Shown here piece by piece: positions 1 to 9,593 of a DNA stretch of 64,000 bases. Each line of letters starts with the position of its first letter. Position 1 is the first letter of the stretch. A model generated the notes under the pieces. It was not told the origin of the DNA and searched no databases. It saw nothing but the letters and a program-made list of their open reading frames with translations. Source of the stretch: an uncultured delta proteobacterium (GTDB taxonomy: Bacteria; Desulfobacterota; Desulfomonilia; Desulfomonilales; Desulfomonilaceae); contig CAWBKB010000005.1 in the NCBI GenBank assembly GCA_963789265.1, positions 736,001 to 800,000 on the forward strand, read 5' to 3'. The position numbers and the translations under genes were made by a program.

Positions 1-1211
1 TCGGACTGCATCTTACGGCCCGCGACCTCGACGAGAATACCGAGAGGCAACCGCGTTCCGGGCTCGATGTCTTTGAGATCAGGTCCGATAAGCACCACCT
101 TGGCATCCTCGACATCGTTCATGTCCTTCATAAGGGTAAGTTCGACGGCTTGGGTCTTGCCGCCGCCTGCCTCCATGTAGATATCCTCTCCGCGGATTCT
201 TTCCCCCTCGAAGGCCGGACCGTAAGCAACAGGGACAGGAACCTCCGTGACCGTAACCTTTAAGCCGCGAACTTCTATAGCTCTGGCAACGATATCCTTG
301 TGAGGCACATTGGAAACAACATGCTCGTACGTGCAGACGCCGGTGGGGAGAATTTCGGGAATGGGGGTGTCTGCTATGGTGGGGAAGCCATAGTTAATGG
401 CGCCGGCTGCCGCCGCATACCATTCGTCGGAAACGTCACCAAGAGCGAGGACGAACGCGAAAACGCGGTCCTTATTGTAAATCAACACCTTGCGGAAATC
501 CCCGGGCTCGATACCACCAAAACTGAGAGCCGCTCGAGTAGCAAAGCCGACCGCGAAGATTGCCGACGAAATGTCGGGGCCGAAGGGAACCAGACGAGTC
601 GGCCAACCGACCTGGACGCCCGCTTCGCGGAGTTGCTGCGAAAAGCTCGTTCCTTTGTAGTCAGCCGCCATGAAGACGTAGAGATTCTTCTTCTGGAGTT
701 CAAGGGCCATTTCGGCGGCGATCTCTTTGGTCGGGGCTGATCCTACAACAGCCGCAAATCCGGGGGCCGTACCGTCAACGAACTCGACACCTCGTTTTCT
801 GAGAATCACGTCATCCGCCGCGCCCAGCCAGAGCTTGTCGTCGGTTGGGTCTTCTGCGGGCAGGTAGAAATCGGGCTGTTCGAGATAGCGAATCGCCTCG
901 ATAATTTCGTAGTTGAACAGACTGGCCATTCCCGCGTCTAAAACAGGTCCCAAATAAGGAAGAGGGTGCTTTTCTCTAACTGGAGGCGGGATAAGTTGCT
1001 CAGAGCGATCCAACACGAGTCCGGCATCGCCGAGAGTCTTCACCGGAAACCCAAGGATGCCATAAATAACCGGGAGATAGTAACCAGTGTTAGGGAAGGC
1101 CAACTCCTGCTTCTTTCCATACTTTTTGACAGCTTTTTCGTATTTCGTCCTGGCCTTCTCATAGACCTTGTGAGCGCCGGATATGACATTTGCTGCGACT
1201 ATCTTTGACAC
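1..1211 (-). CDS. acsB: Acetyl-CoA synthase (ACS/CODH complex beta subunit), 3' end runs off the window
   Basis: Not in the ORF track. Manual minus-strand translation from GTG at 1211 (AGGAGG upstream) gives MSKIVAANVISGAHK...FPNTGYYLPVIYG...WLGAADDVILRKRGVEFVDGTAPGFAA, typical of AcsB/CdhC; it follows the CODH gene. Confidence 0.9.
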   Translation of the reverse strand, partial: MSKIVAANVISGAHKVYEKARTKYEKAVKKYGKKQELAFPNTGYYLPVIYGILGFPVKTLGDAGLVLDRSEQLIPPPVREKHPLPYLGPVLDAGMASLFNYEIIEAIRYLEQPDFYLPAEDPTDDKLWLGAADDVILRKRGVEFVDGTAPGFAAVVGSAPTKEIAAEMALELQKKNLYVFMAADYKGTSFSQQLREAGVQVGWPTRLVPFGPDISSAIFAVGFATRAALSFGGIEPGDFRKVLIYNKDRVFAFVLALGDVSDEWYAAAAGAINYGFPTIADTPIPEILPTGVCTYEHVVSNVPHKDIVARAIEVRGLKVTVTEVPVPVAYGPAFEGERIRGEDIYMEAGGGKTQAVELTLMKDMNDVEDAKVVLIGPDLKDIEPGTRLPLGILVEVAGRKMQS

Positions 1212-1295
1212 TGTTTGTTTCCTCCTGTGGAGACGTTAAAGCGGATCGGAGGGGAAGAGGCGGCCTCTCCCCCGGGTTGTGCCGAAACTCACAAA

Positions 1296-4200
1296 TTATC
1301 CGGCTATTTCTCTGCGCATGGCCATATCCATGAGCACGCGCTCTCTGGCCTTGTCTATACCGAGTGCTTTTCTTTTGGAATCAATATGGGCTAGGCAGCG
1401 TTTGGCCATCTCATACGGGTCTTTCTCAACGAAATCCCATCTTCCGCCGTAAACCTTCTCGATATCTTTGAACAGGTAATTGGTACAGATGTCCTCGTTG
1501 ATCGTCGGGAAGCCAGCGCCAAAGAGGACATAACAGCCGGAAGCGACGAAGTACTGGCCGATTGACACCGCCTTCTCACTCATCCACTCGGGTGCCACGC
1601 CTACCGCAGGCAGATCGGAGATGTCATCACCGAGTCCGCCGTCCCTGACGACCGCGGTAGCGGCCATGAGGATCCTGGAGTTATCAACACAGGAACCCAT
1701 GTGCAGGACGGGCGGTATGCCCACGGTTTCGCAGACTTCGGCAAGACCGGCTCCTCCATATTTGGCCGCTGCTTCCGGTGTCAGCAGACCTGCCTTCCCG
1801 AGGGCTATGGCTGCGCAACCGGTGGTGAGGACAAGAACATCGTTCTTGATAAGTTCTTTGGCGAGTTCGACATGCAGGAAGTCGTGCTGAACTCGTGGAT
1901 TCCCGCAACCGACTATGCCGGCCAGACCACGTACGCGACCGTTAATGATGTTGTCATTCAACGGCCGATAGCTGGCGCGGAACAGACCGCCTAGCATATA
2001 GGTTATGGTTTCGTGGCTAAAGCCGACTACCATGTCCTGTTGTTCTGTTGGGATTGAAACTTTGCTCTTGTCCCTGTTGGGGAAGTTGTCAATGGCGTCC
2101 TTGACGATCGCTTTTGCAGTCTCGAGACCGTAACGTTCGTCATACGCGTAATGCTTGTACGCACCCTGCATCTGCGCGATGGGACTCGTGGTCACTACCT
2201 GGGTGTGGAAGCATTTAGCCAATTCCGCAAGGCCCTGCATCACACACTGAACGTCCACCACGATGGCCTCGAGGGCTCCGGTAATGACAGCCATTTCCTG
2301 CTGCAGGTAATTGCCCGCAATGGGAATGCCGTGGCGCATCAGGATCTCGTTTGAGGTGCAACAGATGCCACCAAGGCTAATTCCACCGGTTGCTCCCTTG
2401 CTCTTGGCGTATGCGATCGTTTCCGGGTCCTGAACAGCCTGGACAATAATCTCGGAGAGAGAGGGCTCATGGCCGTGAACAATGATGTTCACGGTGTCTT
2501 CCTTCATACATCCCAGATTCACCTTGCCAAGTACCGGTACTGGGGTCCCATAAAGGATGTCGGACAGGTCGGTGGCTATCATGGAGCCGCCCCAGCCGTC
2601 GGCGAGGGCGCACTTTGTGGAAAGGCGTATGATGTGCTCCATGTCCTGATTGACGCCCATGTGGGTCATGTGCATAACTTCGACAACGGGGCGGTCAATC
2701 CCGGCAGGCACAACCCCTTCTTTACGCCAGATTTCCTGACGCTTCAGGGGCGCTCGCTGGACGTTGACGATCTCACCGTCCTGTTGGCCGTATTGCTGCA
2801 AAGCCTTTTCGCCGACTTCGATAGCTATGTCCTTGATCTCTCGGCCTTCCGTCTGGATGCCGTAATCCATGGCCACTGCGAGAAGCTTGGGAATGTCTTT
2901 GATCTGATAGTCGGGGAGTTCACCCTTGGCTGCGTGGAGAAAGGTATGGGCCACATGTCGGCCGTGATCGCTGTGCGCGGCTGCACCGGCGGCAACCATC
3001 CTGGCGAAGTTACGGGCGGCAATTGTTTCCGGGGTTGCTCCACACAGACCGCATCTCTTCTTTCTCTCTTCCGGTGTTTCCGTCTTTCCCTTAGGTGGTA
3101 AGACGCGGCATGGTCCCATGTTACAGATTTTGCAGCAGGTCCCACCTTTGCCTATCGGGCAGGCGGTCATAGTTCGGGAACGATGAAATGCGGTGGAATA
3201 GCCTTCTCTGTCAGCTATTTTCAGACCTTCGAGCGTTACTGGATCGATAGTATGCTGGGTCCAGTCGGCAGGCCCAATCTCTTTCTTCTTGGCGGGCGGC
3301 GCAACAACTGCCGGCCCTGCCGCTTTAGCTGCGGCGGGTGCCTCGCCTGCGAAGGCCGATCTCAGGGCCTTGAACACAGTAACCATCTCTTTGAGGTCTT
3401 TAACGAGTTCGTTGGGCATGAGGGCTTCCTCTTGTACATCTGTGGATTTGGCAGCCGCGGCTGGCATTTCCTTGTCAGGGGCAGCTTTCTCGACCTTGGC
3501 AGCCGGTTCGGGCTTCGGCACGGGCGCGATCTTCTGCTCCGCGGGTTTGGCCGGGACAGGCTTAGCCGCCGGCTTCGCGGCAGCGGGGGCTGCCTTACTT
3601 GGGGCAGGCTGAGCCTCGGCGGCAAAAGACATGTCCACCCCCATAGCGTCTAGAGTGGTCTCGATCATCACGTCGGATAAGTACTTGCGAATATGATCCA
3701 GGGTCTTGGGGTGCCTCAAAATCAGAATGTCGGAACCTGCCTGAAGGGCACTCAGACCGGTTATTGCCTCGAGATTGACTGCTCGTACGCCGGCGTCGCC
3801 CAACCTCGGCTCTTCTTCGGTGGGGAGCTTTGCTTCTTTGGTCTTCCAGACTTCTTCGGCAATATTATTGATAATGGGATACTGAAGCTTATCGTCGTTC
3901 TGGGTCAGGGCAGCCTGACGGATTCTTTCCATGATAGAATAACAGTATTCCATCCCGTAACCCACGGAGCCTGTGGTTGGATCAATAAGGATCTTGTCAT
4001 TGGGTACGCCGAGGTTTTCGAGAAGAATATTGAGTTGCTTGGCGAGGTTTATATCAATGGGGGAGTTCGCCGCAACCACATGCTTATATGCTATGGCAGC
4101 CGCTCCCACCTGCTTGTAGTTCCCCTCTGTGACCGGACCTATTACGACGTTCAACCCCGCGCATGACTCTGCCACAGCTTTGAGGACCTCAGTATTCTTG

Positions 4201-4601
4201 TCGTCATTGGAGGTTCCCCAGACAATTAACGGAACACTGATCGCCTCGGCCACCTCTTTGGCGACTTTGGCCGCGTGTTCGGCAGGGAGGTTCTTGCCGT
4301 TAGGATCGGTACCTGCGAGCCAAAGGCACACTATGTCGGCCTTGTATGTATCAACGCATTTCTTTGCCCAGGCAACGGGGTTGCCCAGCACGTCCTTAAA
4401 AGGTTCCAGGGCTTCTGCGGCCCATTCTTCGGGTTCGACGTCCAAAACTTGAAGAGCGAGCTTCGGAGTATTAGGAGTCTTTCCCTCGAAAGAGTAGAAG
4501 CTGTAGCCCGTCTCTCCGCCTACAATCACTTCACATCCTGGTTTTCCTATCTTGATTTCGCGGATTTTTCCGGAGTACTTTATTTTTGGCAGTTCAGCCA
4601 T
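1296..4601 (-). CDS. Apparent fusion: corrinoid Fe-S protein small subunit (AcsD/CdhD) + Ala/Pro/Lys-rich linker + Ni-Fe CO dehydrogenase catalytic subunit (CooS/AcsA)
   Basis: First ~310 aa resemble AcsD (SPIDINLAKQLN, DPTTGSVGYGMEY). C-terminal ~650 aa are CooS (CCKICNMGPC, AAAHSDHGRH, HGHEP, GICCTSNE, VDVQC, GSCVDNSR, PEWMSEKA). Confidence 0.85.
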   Translation of the reverse strand: MAELPKIKYSGKIREIKIGKPGCEVIVGGETGYSFYSFEGKTPNTPKLALQVLDVEPEEWAAEALEPFKDVLGNPVAWAKKCVDTYKADIVCLWLAGTDPNGKNLPAEHAAKVAKEVAEAISVPLIVWGTSNDDKNTEVLKAVAESCAGLNVVIGPVTEGNYKQVGAAAIAYKHVVAANSPIDINLAKQLNILLENLGVPNDKILIDPTTGSVGYGMEYCYSIMERIRQAALTQNDDKLQYPIINNIAEEVWKTKEAKLPTEEEPRLGDAGVRAVNLEAITGLSALQAGSDILILRHPKTLDHIRKYLSDVMIETTLDAMGVDMSFAAEAQPAPSKAAPAAAKPAAKPVPAKPAEQKIAPVPKPEPAAKVEKAAPDKEMPAAAAKSTDVQEEALMPNELVKDLKEMVTVFKALRSAFAGEAPAAAKAAGPAVVAPPAKKKEIGPADWTQHTIDPVTLEGLKIADREGYSTAFHRSRTMTACPIGKGGTCCKICNMGPCRVLPPKGKTETPEERKKRCGLCGATPETIAARNFARMVAAGAAAHSDHGRHVAHTFLHAAKGELPDYQIKDIPKLLAVAMDYGIQTEGREIKDIAIEVGEKALQQYGQQDGEIVNVQRAPLKRQEIWRKEGVVPAGIDRPVVEVMHMTHMGVNQDMEHIIRLSTKCALADGWGGSMIATDLSDILYGTPVPVLGKVNLGCMKEDTVNIIVHGHEPSLSEIIVQAVQDPETIAYAKSKGATGGISLGGICCTSNEILMRHGIPIAGNYLQQEMAVITGALEAIVVDVQCVMQGLAELAKCFHTQVVTTSPIAQMQGAYKHYAYDERYGLETAKAIVKDAIDNFPNRDKSKVSIPTEQQDMVVGFSHETITYMLGGLFRASYRPLNDNIINGRVRGLAGIVGCGNPRVQHDFLHVELAKELIKNDVLVLTTGCAAIALGKAGLLTPEAAAKYGGAGLAEVCETVGIPPVLHMGSCVDNSRILMAATAVVRDGGLGDDISDLPAVGVAPEWMSEKAVSIGQYFVASGCYVLFGAGFPTINEDICTNYLFKDIEKVYGGRWDFVEKDPYEMAKRCLAHIDSKRKALGIDKARERVLMDMAMRREIAG

Positions 4602-4665
4602 ACGCCACCTTCCTTAGCCGGGTTATTAGACAGTGAGGTCATTCATATTCTTTGGAAAGAACATC

Positions 4666-4899
4666 TCAGGCGGGATTCTTTCTCTTTTCGCTGCCAAACC
4701 ACTCTTTGGAATAGAAGTATCTTTCCGCGGTGGTAAGGTATCTCATGGCGGGGCGGGTTGCCTCGCCAATGTTGACGGAGTTGATATTAGTTCGCCACTG
4801 GTAACGGTCCTGGTCCGTACCTTCAGCGTAAGTGGGCATCAAGATTTTGACCTTTTGCCCATCAAACCGCTCTTTCTCTTCGTACTTGTCGGCAGGCAT
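4666..4899 (-). CDS. Small hypothetical protein (77 aa) at the head of the acs operon
   Basis: Good SD (GAGAGGAG) before ATG; co-oriented and ~65 bp upstream of the acsD-cooS ORF. Confidence 0.6.
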   Translation of the reverse strand: MPADKYEEKERFDGQKVKILMPTYAEGTDQDRYQWRTNINSVNIGEATRPAMRYLTTAERYFYSKEWFGSEKRKNPA

Positions 4900-5330
4900 A
4901 AACGCACTCCTCTCTCGTATCGAGGTCCTTAATTGACTATGGCAAAAAGCTGCCAGGGGTCTTGCTTTTTCCGGAAACCGGAGACTGCGATGGGTAAGCC
5001 TTATTATTATGCCGAACTATCCTTGTGACCGCAATATTTTTTTGGGAATTTGCCGTAGATAGTACGTTTTCGGAAAAGGCGCGCGGGCAAAGCTGGTTCG
5101 TCCAGGTGCCGCCACAACGGCGTAATTCCGTCATAGTAATTCAGGCTAAACTGCATGCAGTCGTTGAGATCCGGGGTACCCGCGCAATGAGTAAGCCGCA
5201 ACCATAACAAGACCGCGGCAATGAACGGCGCACCGGATACAAAAATTATTATAGCAGGTGGGGATCATTTGTGGAAGTGCCCGAGCACTATTGTCGGACG
5301 CATCACTTACGCCGGGAATCTTCCGTCCCT

Positions 5331-5384
5331 TGTCGTGGCGAGGAGCGACGTCCCGCGGCCCGCGGGATTCGCAATGACAATCTC
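5331..5384. repeat. Degenerate REP-like palindrome (GTCATTGCGAG/CTCGCAATGAC family)
   Basis: TGTCGTGGCGAGGAGC...TTCGCAATGACAATCT resembles the copies at 22987-23119 and 37675-37747. Confidence 0.5.
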
Positions 5385-5443
5385 TTCCCTGGCACAACTG
5401 AGTGCCCGGCCACTGTAGCGAGATCCGGCGTGGGATGAGCAGG

Positions 5444-6979
5444 CTAAAGCCTTACTGACGGCTTAGGTCTCTTTGCTAGATAATCCAGCCGGTTGAGGGC
5501 GTTCACCATGGCTTTTGCAGAAGCGACGAGTATGTCCTCGTGCGCGCCCTTTCCCACTGCTATGCTGCCGGCTTCTTCGAGGCGAATGGTCGCTTCGCCG
5601 AGGGCGTCAGTTCCGTCGGTGATGGCACTGATCGAGAACCGCAAGAGCTTAGGATTACGGCCCGTCAGCCTCATGATTGTGTTGTAAGCGGCATCGACGG
5701 GGCCGTTGCCCAGTTCGGCTCCATGATGCTCAAGCCCTTCTATTTCCATGCTTACTGTCGCAGTAGGAACGACATGCGTGCCGGACATGATGGTGACGGA
5801 GAGCAACTTGTAGGTCTCTGCAATCCGGAGGACTTCTTCCGCTATGATTGCTTCAATGTCCTCATCGAAGATGGTCTTCTTGCGGTCGGCAAGATTCTTG
5901 AATCGCTCGAAGGTGCGATTGATCTCCTCTTCGGTCAGTTGGTAACCCAATGATTTGATTCGCTCCCTTAGAGCATGGCGACCTGAATGCTTTCCAAGCA
6001 CTAATGAGGATTTCGCGATCCCGACTGATTCGGGGTCCATGATTTCGTATGTGGACTTTTCTTTGATAACGCCGTCCTGATGTATGCCGGCTTCATGAGC
6101 AAAGGCGTTGGCGCCGACTATGGCCTTATTGGGCTGGACCGTGATCCCCGTGATAGCGGTGACAAGGCGGCTGGTGTGGAAGATTTGCTGAGTGACTATA
6201 CCGGTGTGCACGCCGAATACGTCTTGCCTAGTTTTGAGGATCATGGCTATTTCTTCAAGGGAGGCGTTTCCGGCACGCTCGCCGATTCCGTTGATGGTAG
6301 CCTCCACTTGTCTGGCGCCGGCCCTGATAGCCGACAAAGAATTTGCAACCGCGAGTCCTAGGTCGTTGTGACAGTGGACTGAGATAACGACATTCTCGAT
6401 GCCCTTTATCGTGTCGCGAACCGTCCGAATTAAGCCGGCGATCTCCTCCGGGTAAGAATAACCAACCGTATCGGGGATATTGATGGTCCCCGCTCTCTCG
6501 TTGACAGCGGTTTGTATTACGCGGCAAAGGAAAGCGGGATCGCTGCGGGTGGCGTCCTCGCAGGAGAACTCCACCCAATCCGACAGAGACCGAGCCAAAC
6601 GCACGGCTTGGCCGGCACGGTCGACGACCTCGTCGCGCGACATTTTCAGTTTATGTTCAAGGTGTATGTCACTAGTGGCGATGAATGTGTGGATGCCCGG
6701 AAGAGGGGCGTCCTCCACCGCGCGCCAGGCGGTTTCTATATCTTCTGCTGCCGCGCGGGCCAGGCCCACGACGCGGACGGTCTTGACTTCGCGGGCGATC
6801 TTGCTCACAGCCTCTCGATCACCTTCAGAACTCGCGGGAAAGCCCGCTTCAATGATGTCTACTCCAAGATTCTCCAATTGCCTTGCCAACTGAAGTTTTT
6901 CCTGCTGGTTCATAGTAGCGCCGGGTGACTGCTCGCCGTCCCGGAGAGTGGTGTCGAATATCAGAACTCTTTCCGACAT
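5444..6979 (-). CDS. leuA: 2-isopropylmalate synthase
   Basis: DTTLRDGEQ, HCHNDLGLA, GERAGN, HQDG, GKHSGR motifs and a C-terminal regulatory domain (GNGPVDA). Confidence 0.95.
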   Translation of the reverse strand: MSERVLIFDTTLRDGEQSPGATMNQQEKLQLARQLENLGVDIIEAGFPASSEGDREAVSKIAREVKTVRVVGLARAAAEDIETAWRAVEDAPLPGIHTFIATSDIHLEHKLKMSRDEVVDRAGQAVRLARSLSDWVEFSCEDATRSDPAFLCRVIQTAVNERAGTINIPDTVGYSYPEEIAGLIRTVRDTIKGIENVVISVHCHNDLGLAVANSLSAIRAGARQVEATINGIGERAGNASLEEIAMILKTRQDVFGVHTGIVTQQIFHTSRLVTAITGITVQPNKAIVGANAFAHEAGIHQDGVIKEKSTYEIMDPESVGIAKSSLVLGKHSGRHALRERIKSLGYQLTEEEINRTFERFKNLADRKKTIFDEDIEAIIAEEVLRIAETYKLLSVTIMSGTHVVPTATVSMEIEGLEHHGAELGNGPVDAAYNTIMRLTGRNPKLLRFSISAITDGTDALGEATIRLEEAGSIAVGKGAHEDILVASAKAMVNALNRLDYLAKRPKPSVRL

Positions 6980-7266
6980 TTCCTCCTCCTATCAATTTGA
7001 AGGCGCGTTGAGAGGTGCATTTGCCGCGCCTCGCAAGAGACGCTTCTTTCGGTGGACAAGAAATGTTTATCATTCTCAAGGCTCAATTTGCAATGTGTTG
7101 TTGAGGGCCGAGCGGCAGGGCGGATCGTATGCGAGTTTCGAGGGAAAGAACTATGCTGCCGGACGCGACACTACCGCGCGAAAAACCCACGGAGAACGGT
7201 ATCGGCCTGCGTGCCGGGCGCGATGCGATTGCGCAACACCTGGGAAGGGGAAAAGTCTAACAATGG

Positions 7267-8157
7267 TCAGGTAGTAGAGTTTTTCGGGACCGATGGTACC
7301 CCGGCGGTGGAGGTCGGTAATTCGGAAGGCTGCTCAAGTACGTTCTGTCTGGTGCGGAAATGCAGTGCAAACGTCAGAATCGGGCCGGAAACAAGATAGC
7401 CGGCGCAAAGGAAGAATGGAACAACGAGGGGAGCAGCCGCTATGAGGGCCAAGAGCAAAACGAAGGCAACGGTCGAACTAAAGGGCTTCTGCTTAACGAG
7501 AGTAAGGTCCTTGAAGGCATGAAACTTTATGGAGCTGACCATGAGAAAAGAGATCGCGTAAGTGAGAATAAGCAAGGCAGTGCTGAAATCCGAAGGATCG
7601 AGCCGAAGTTTGTCAAAAAAAAGCACAGTAGTGGCAACCATGGCCGCGGCCGCCGGTATCGGCAATCCGTTGAATCTTTTAGGATCGATGTTGCCGGACT
7701 GAACATTGAACCTTGCCAATCTGAGTGCGCCGCAGGCCACAAAAACAAAAGCGCTTACCCAGCCGATGCGGTTGTAGGAGGCAAGGGCCCAAGTGTACAT
7801 TAGGAGGGCCGGGGCCACCCCGAAGGAAATAACGTCCGCTAAGGAGTCAAGCTCCAACCCAAAACGGGTAGTGGTTTTGGTGAGGCGTGCCACCTTCCCG
7901 TCAATGCCGTCGAAAAAACCTGCAGCTAAAATGAGCGCGCCTGCCCACAAAAAGTCGTGGTTTATTGACTCGATCATGCTGTAAAAGCTAAAGAAAATGC
8001 TGGTTAGGGTGAGAAGTGAGGGAAGAATAAAAATCCCGCGCTTCATTTTGTTGATGGGGATTCTCTTTCGCTTGGGTTTGGTAGGGAAGTCATTGCCGTC
8101 TAGCTGCCGTCTCCGATTCCTAAAAAAGGGTCGTCTTTTTCGAGGTCGTGTCGTCAT
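7267..8157 (-). CDS. pssA: CDP-diacylglycerol--serine O-phosphatidyltransferase
   Basis: CDP-alcohol phosphotransferase motif DGIDGKVAR...GLELDSLAD, RLARFN, GLPIPAAA; adjacent to psd. Confidence 0.92.
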   Translation of the reverse strand: MTTRPRKRRPFFRNRRRQLDGNDFPTKPKRKRIPINKMKRGIFILPSLLTLTSIFFSFYSMIESINHDFLWAGALILAAGFFDGIDGKVARLTKTTTRFGLELDSLADVISFGVAPALLMYTWALASYNRIGWVSAFVFVACGALRLARFNVQSGNIDPKRFNGLPIPAAAAMVATTVLFFDKLRLDPSDFSTALLILTYAISFLMVSSIKFHAFKDLTLVKQKPFSSTVAFVLLLALIAAAPLVVPFFLCAGYLVSGPILTFALHFRTRQNVLEQPSELPTSTAGVPSVPKNSTT

Positions 8158-8392
8158 AAATAGGCACCTATGTCAGGTCGGTAACAATCTCCGCGTTGGG
8201 CGATGAACTTCCGAGTTTTTTTGATTCGGGGCACAGCTTCGTCCGTGCTATCGGAACGCTATGGTCGGAAGCAGGACAATTTCCTCGCTCAGCACCCCGG
8301 CTATCCGGGTCTGCGCAGCGCGGGTGGCCGAATGTTCCACCGCAAAGCTAATGGTATCATAAATCTTCTGTTAAATTGTGACAAGAAATGTA

Positions 8393-9082
8393 CTAAGATT
8401 TTGGCACCTGAACGCGTGGGTCGGCTGTAAGCGGCTCTTTGGCTATTACAGTGACCCCGGCTCTGACAGGCATCCCGACGCTGACTAGAAAAGAGATGGT
8501 TTCAGGCAAGTAGATGTCCAGCCTGGATCCGAATCGAATAAGGCCGAATCTTTCACCTTGGCGGACCTGGTCACCTTCCCGCACCCAGCACGCAATTCTC
8601 CTGGCGATTTTGCCCGCGATTTGAACAACTTCAATTGCGACCTCGTCATTTTGTATGATCAGAGAATTATGCTCATTCAACAGTGAGGATGCCGGTTCGC
8701 GAGCATCGAGAAATCGGCCGGGAACGTGCTTGATTGCTTTGACAGTGCCGGAAATTGGGCAGCGATTCACATGGGTATTAAATATAGACATGAAGATACT
8801 TATGCGCTTGAGGGACGGGTCGGGGAGATTGTCCGAATGTGCATTTTCCACTATTTCAACTACCGTGCCGTCGGCCGGAGAGACAACAAGGCCATCGCCA
8901 GTGGGGGGAGTGCGTTCCGGATTGCGGAAGAAGAAAACTATCGCGACGGCGAGGGTCAGAAAAGCAAGGGATGCCCAGGGATAGCCGAACCACCAGGCGA
9001 CAAGGCCCAACAGACCGGGTGGGGCGATGAACGGATAGCCTTCTCGAGCGATGGGTTCGTAGTGGCCGGCCTTGGCGATCAT
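8393..9082 (-). CDS. psd: Phosphatidylserine decarboxylase proenzyme
   Basis: FFRNPER, SPADG, HVNRCP, FGSRLD self-cleavage motif; start placed at the MIAKAG ATG (9082). Confidence 0.92.
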   Translation of the reverse strand: MIAKAGHYEPIAREGYPFIAPPGLLGLVAWWFGYPWASLAFLTLAVAIVFFFRNPERTPPTGDGLVVSPADGTVVEIVENAHSDNLPDPSLKRISIFMSIFNTHVNRCPISGTVKAIKHVPGRFLDAREPASSLLNEHNSLIIQNDEVAIEVVQIAGKIARRIACWVREGDQVRQGERFGLIRFGSRLDIYLPETISFLVSVGMPVRAGVTVIAKEPLTADPRVQVPKS

Positions 9083-9101
9083 TGATGAGTCGCACCTGCC
9101 T

Positions 9102-9593
9102 TCAAGGGGTTTGCTTTCCCCTGGGAATTGCAATGGCGCCGGTACGAATGAATTCCGTAATGCCCAGGGGGGTCAGCAGCTCGAGCACCGCCTCGATTTT
9201 TCCCTGAGCTCCGGATACCTCGAGAGTTATATTGTCGCGGGCGACGTCCACCACTTTTCCTCTAAAAATGTCGGCAATCCGTAAGACCTCGGCCCTCTTG
9301 GCCGCGGTGGCCTTCACTCGGACAAAAATCATCTCTCTGTCCACGTAGTCACCTGATGTGAGGTCTTGGACCTTGACTACGTTGATGAGCTTTCTCAGTT
9401 GTTTGATAATCTGTTCGATAATCTGATCGCTTCCATGTGTGACGATGGTCATCCTGGAGTACTCGGTATCCAGGGTGGGGGCGACCGCCAAAGAATGTAT
9501 GTTGAAGGAGCGGCCGGAGAACATGCCGGCGACGCGGGCGAGCACGCCGGGCTTGTTTTCTACGAGTACAGAGATGACGCGGCGGGTTTCCAT
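9102..9593 (-). CDS. ilvN: Acetolactate synthase small (regulatory) subunit
   Basis: ENKPGVLARVAGMFSGRSFNI ACT domain; immediately downstream of ilvB. Confidence 0.95.
   Translation of the reverse strand: METRRVISVLVENKPGVLARVAGMFSGRSFNIHSLAVAPTLDTEYSRMTIVTHGSDQIIEQIIKQLRKLINVVKVQDLTSGDYVDREMIFVRVKATAAKRAEVLRIADIFRGKVVDVARDNITLEVSGAQGKIEAVLELLTPLGITEFIRTGAIAIPRGKQTP

Noticed and set aside
300..1208. Plus-strand ORFs 300-740 and 966-1208
   Set aside because: Antisense shadows of acsB, which the ORF track missed because it runs off the window.
4937..5418. Short ORFs between the acs operon and leuA
   Set aside because: No recognisable motifs; they overlap each other and a REP-like repeat, so this is probably regulatory DNA.
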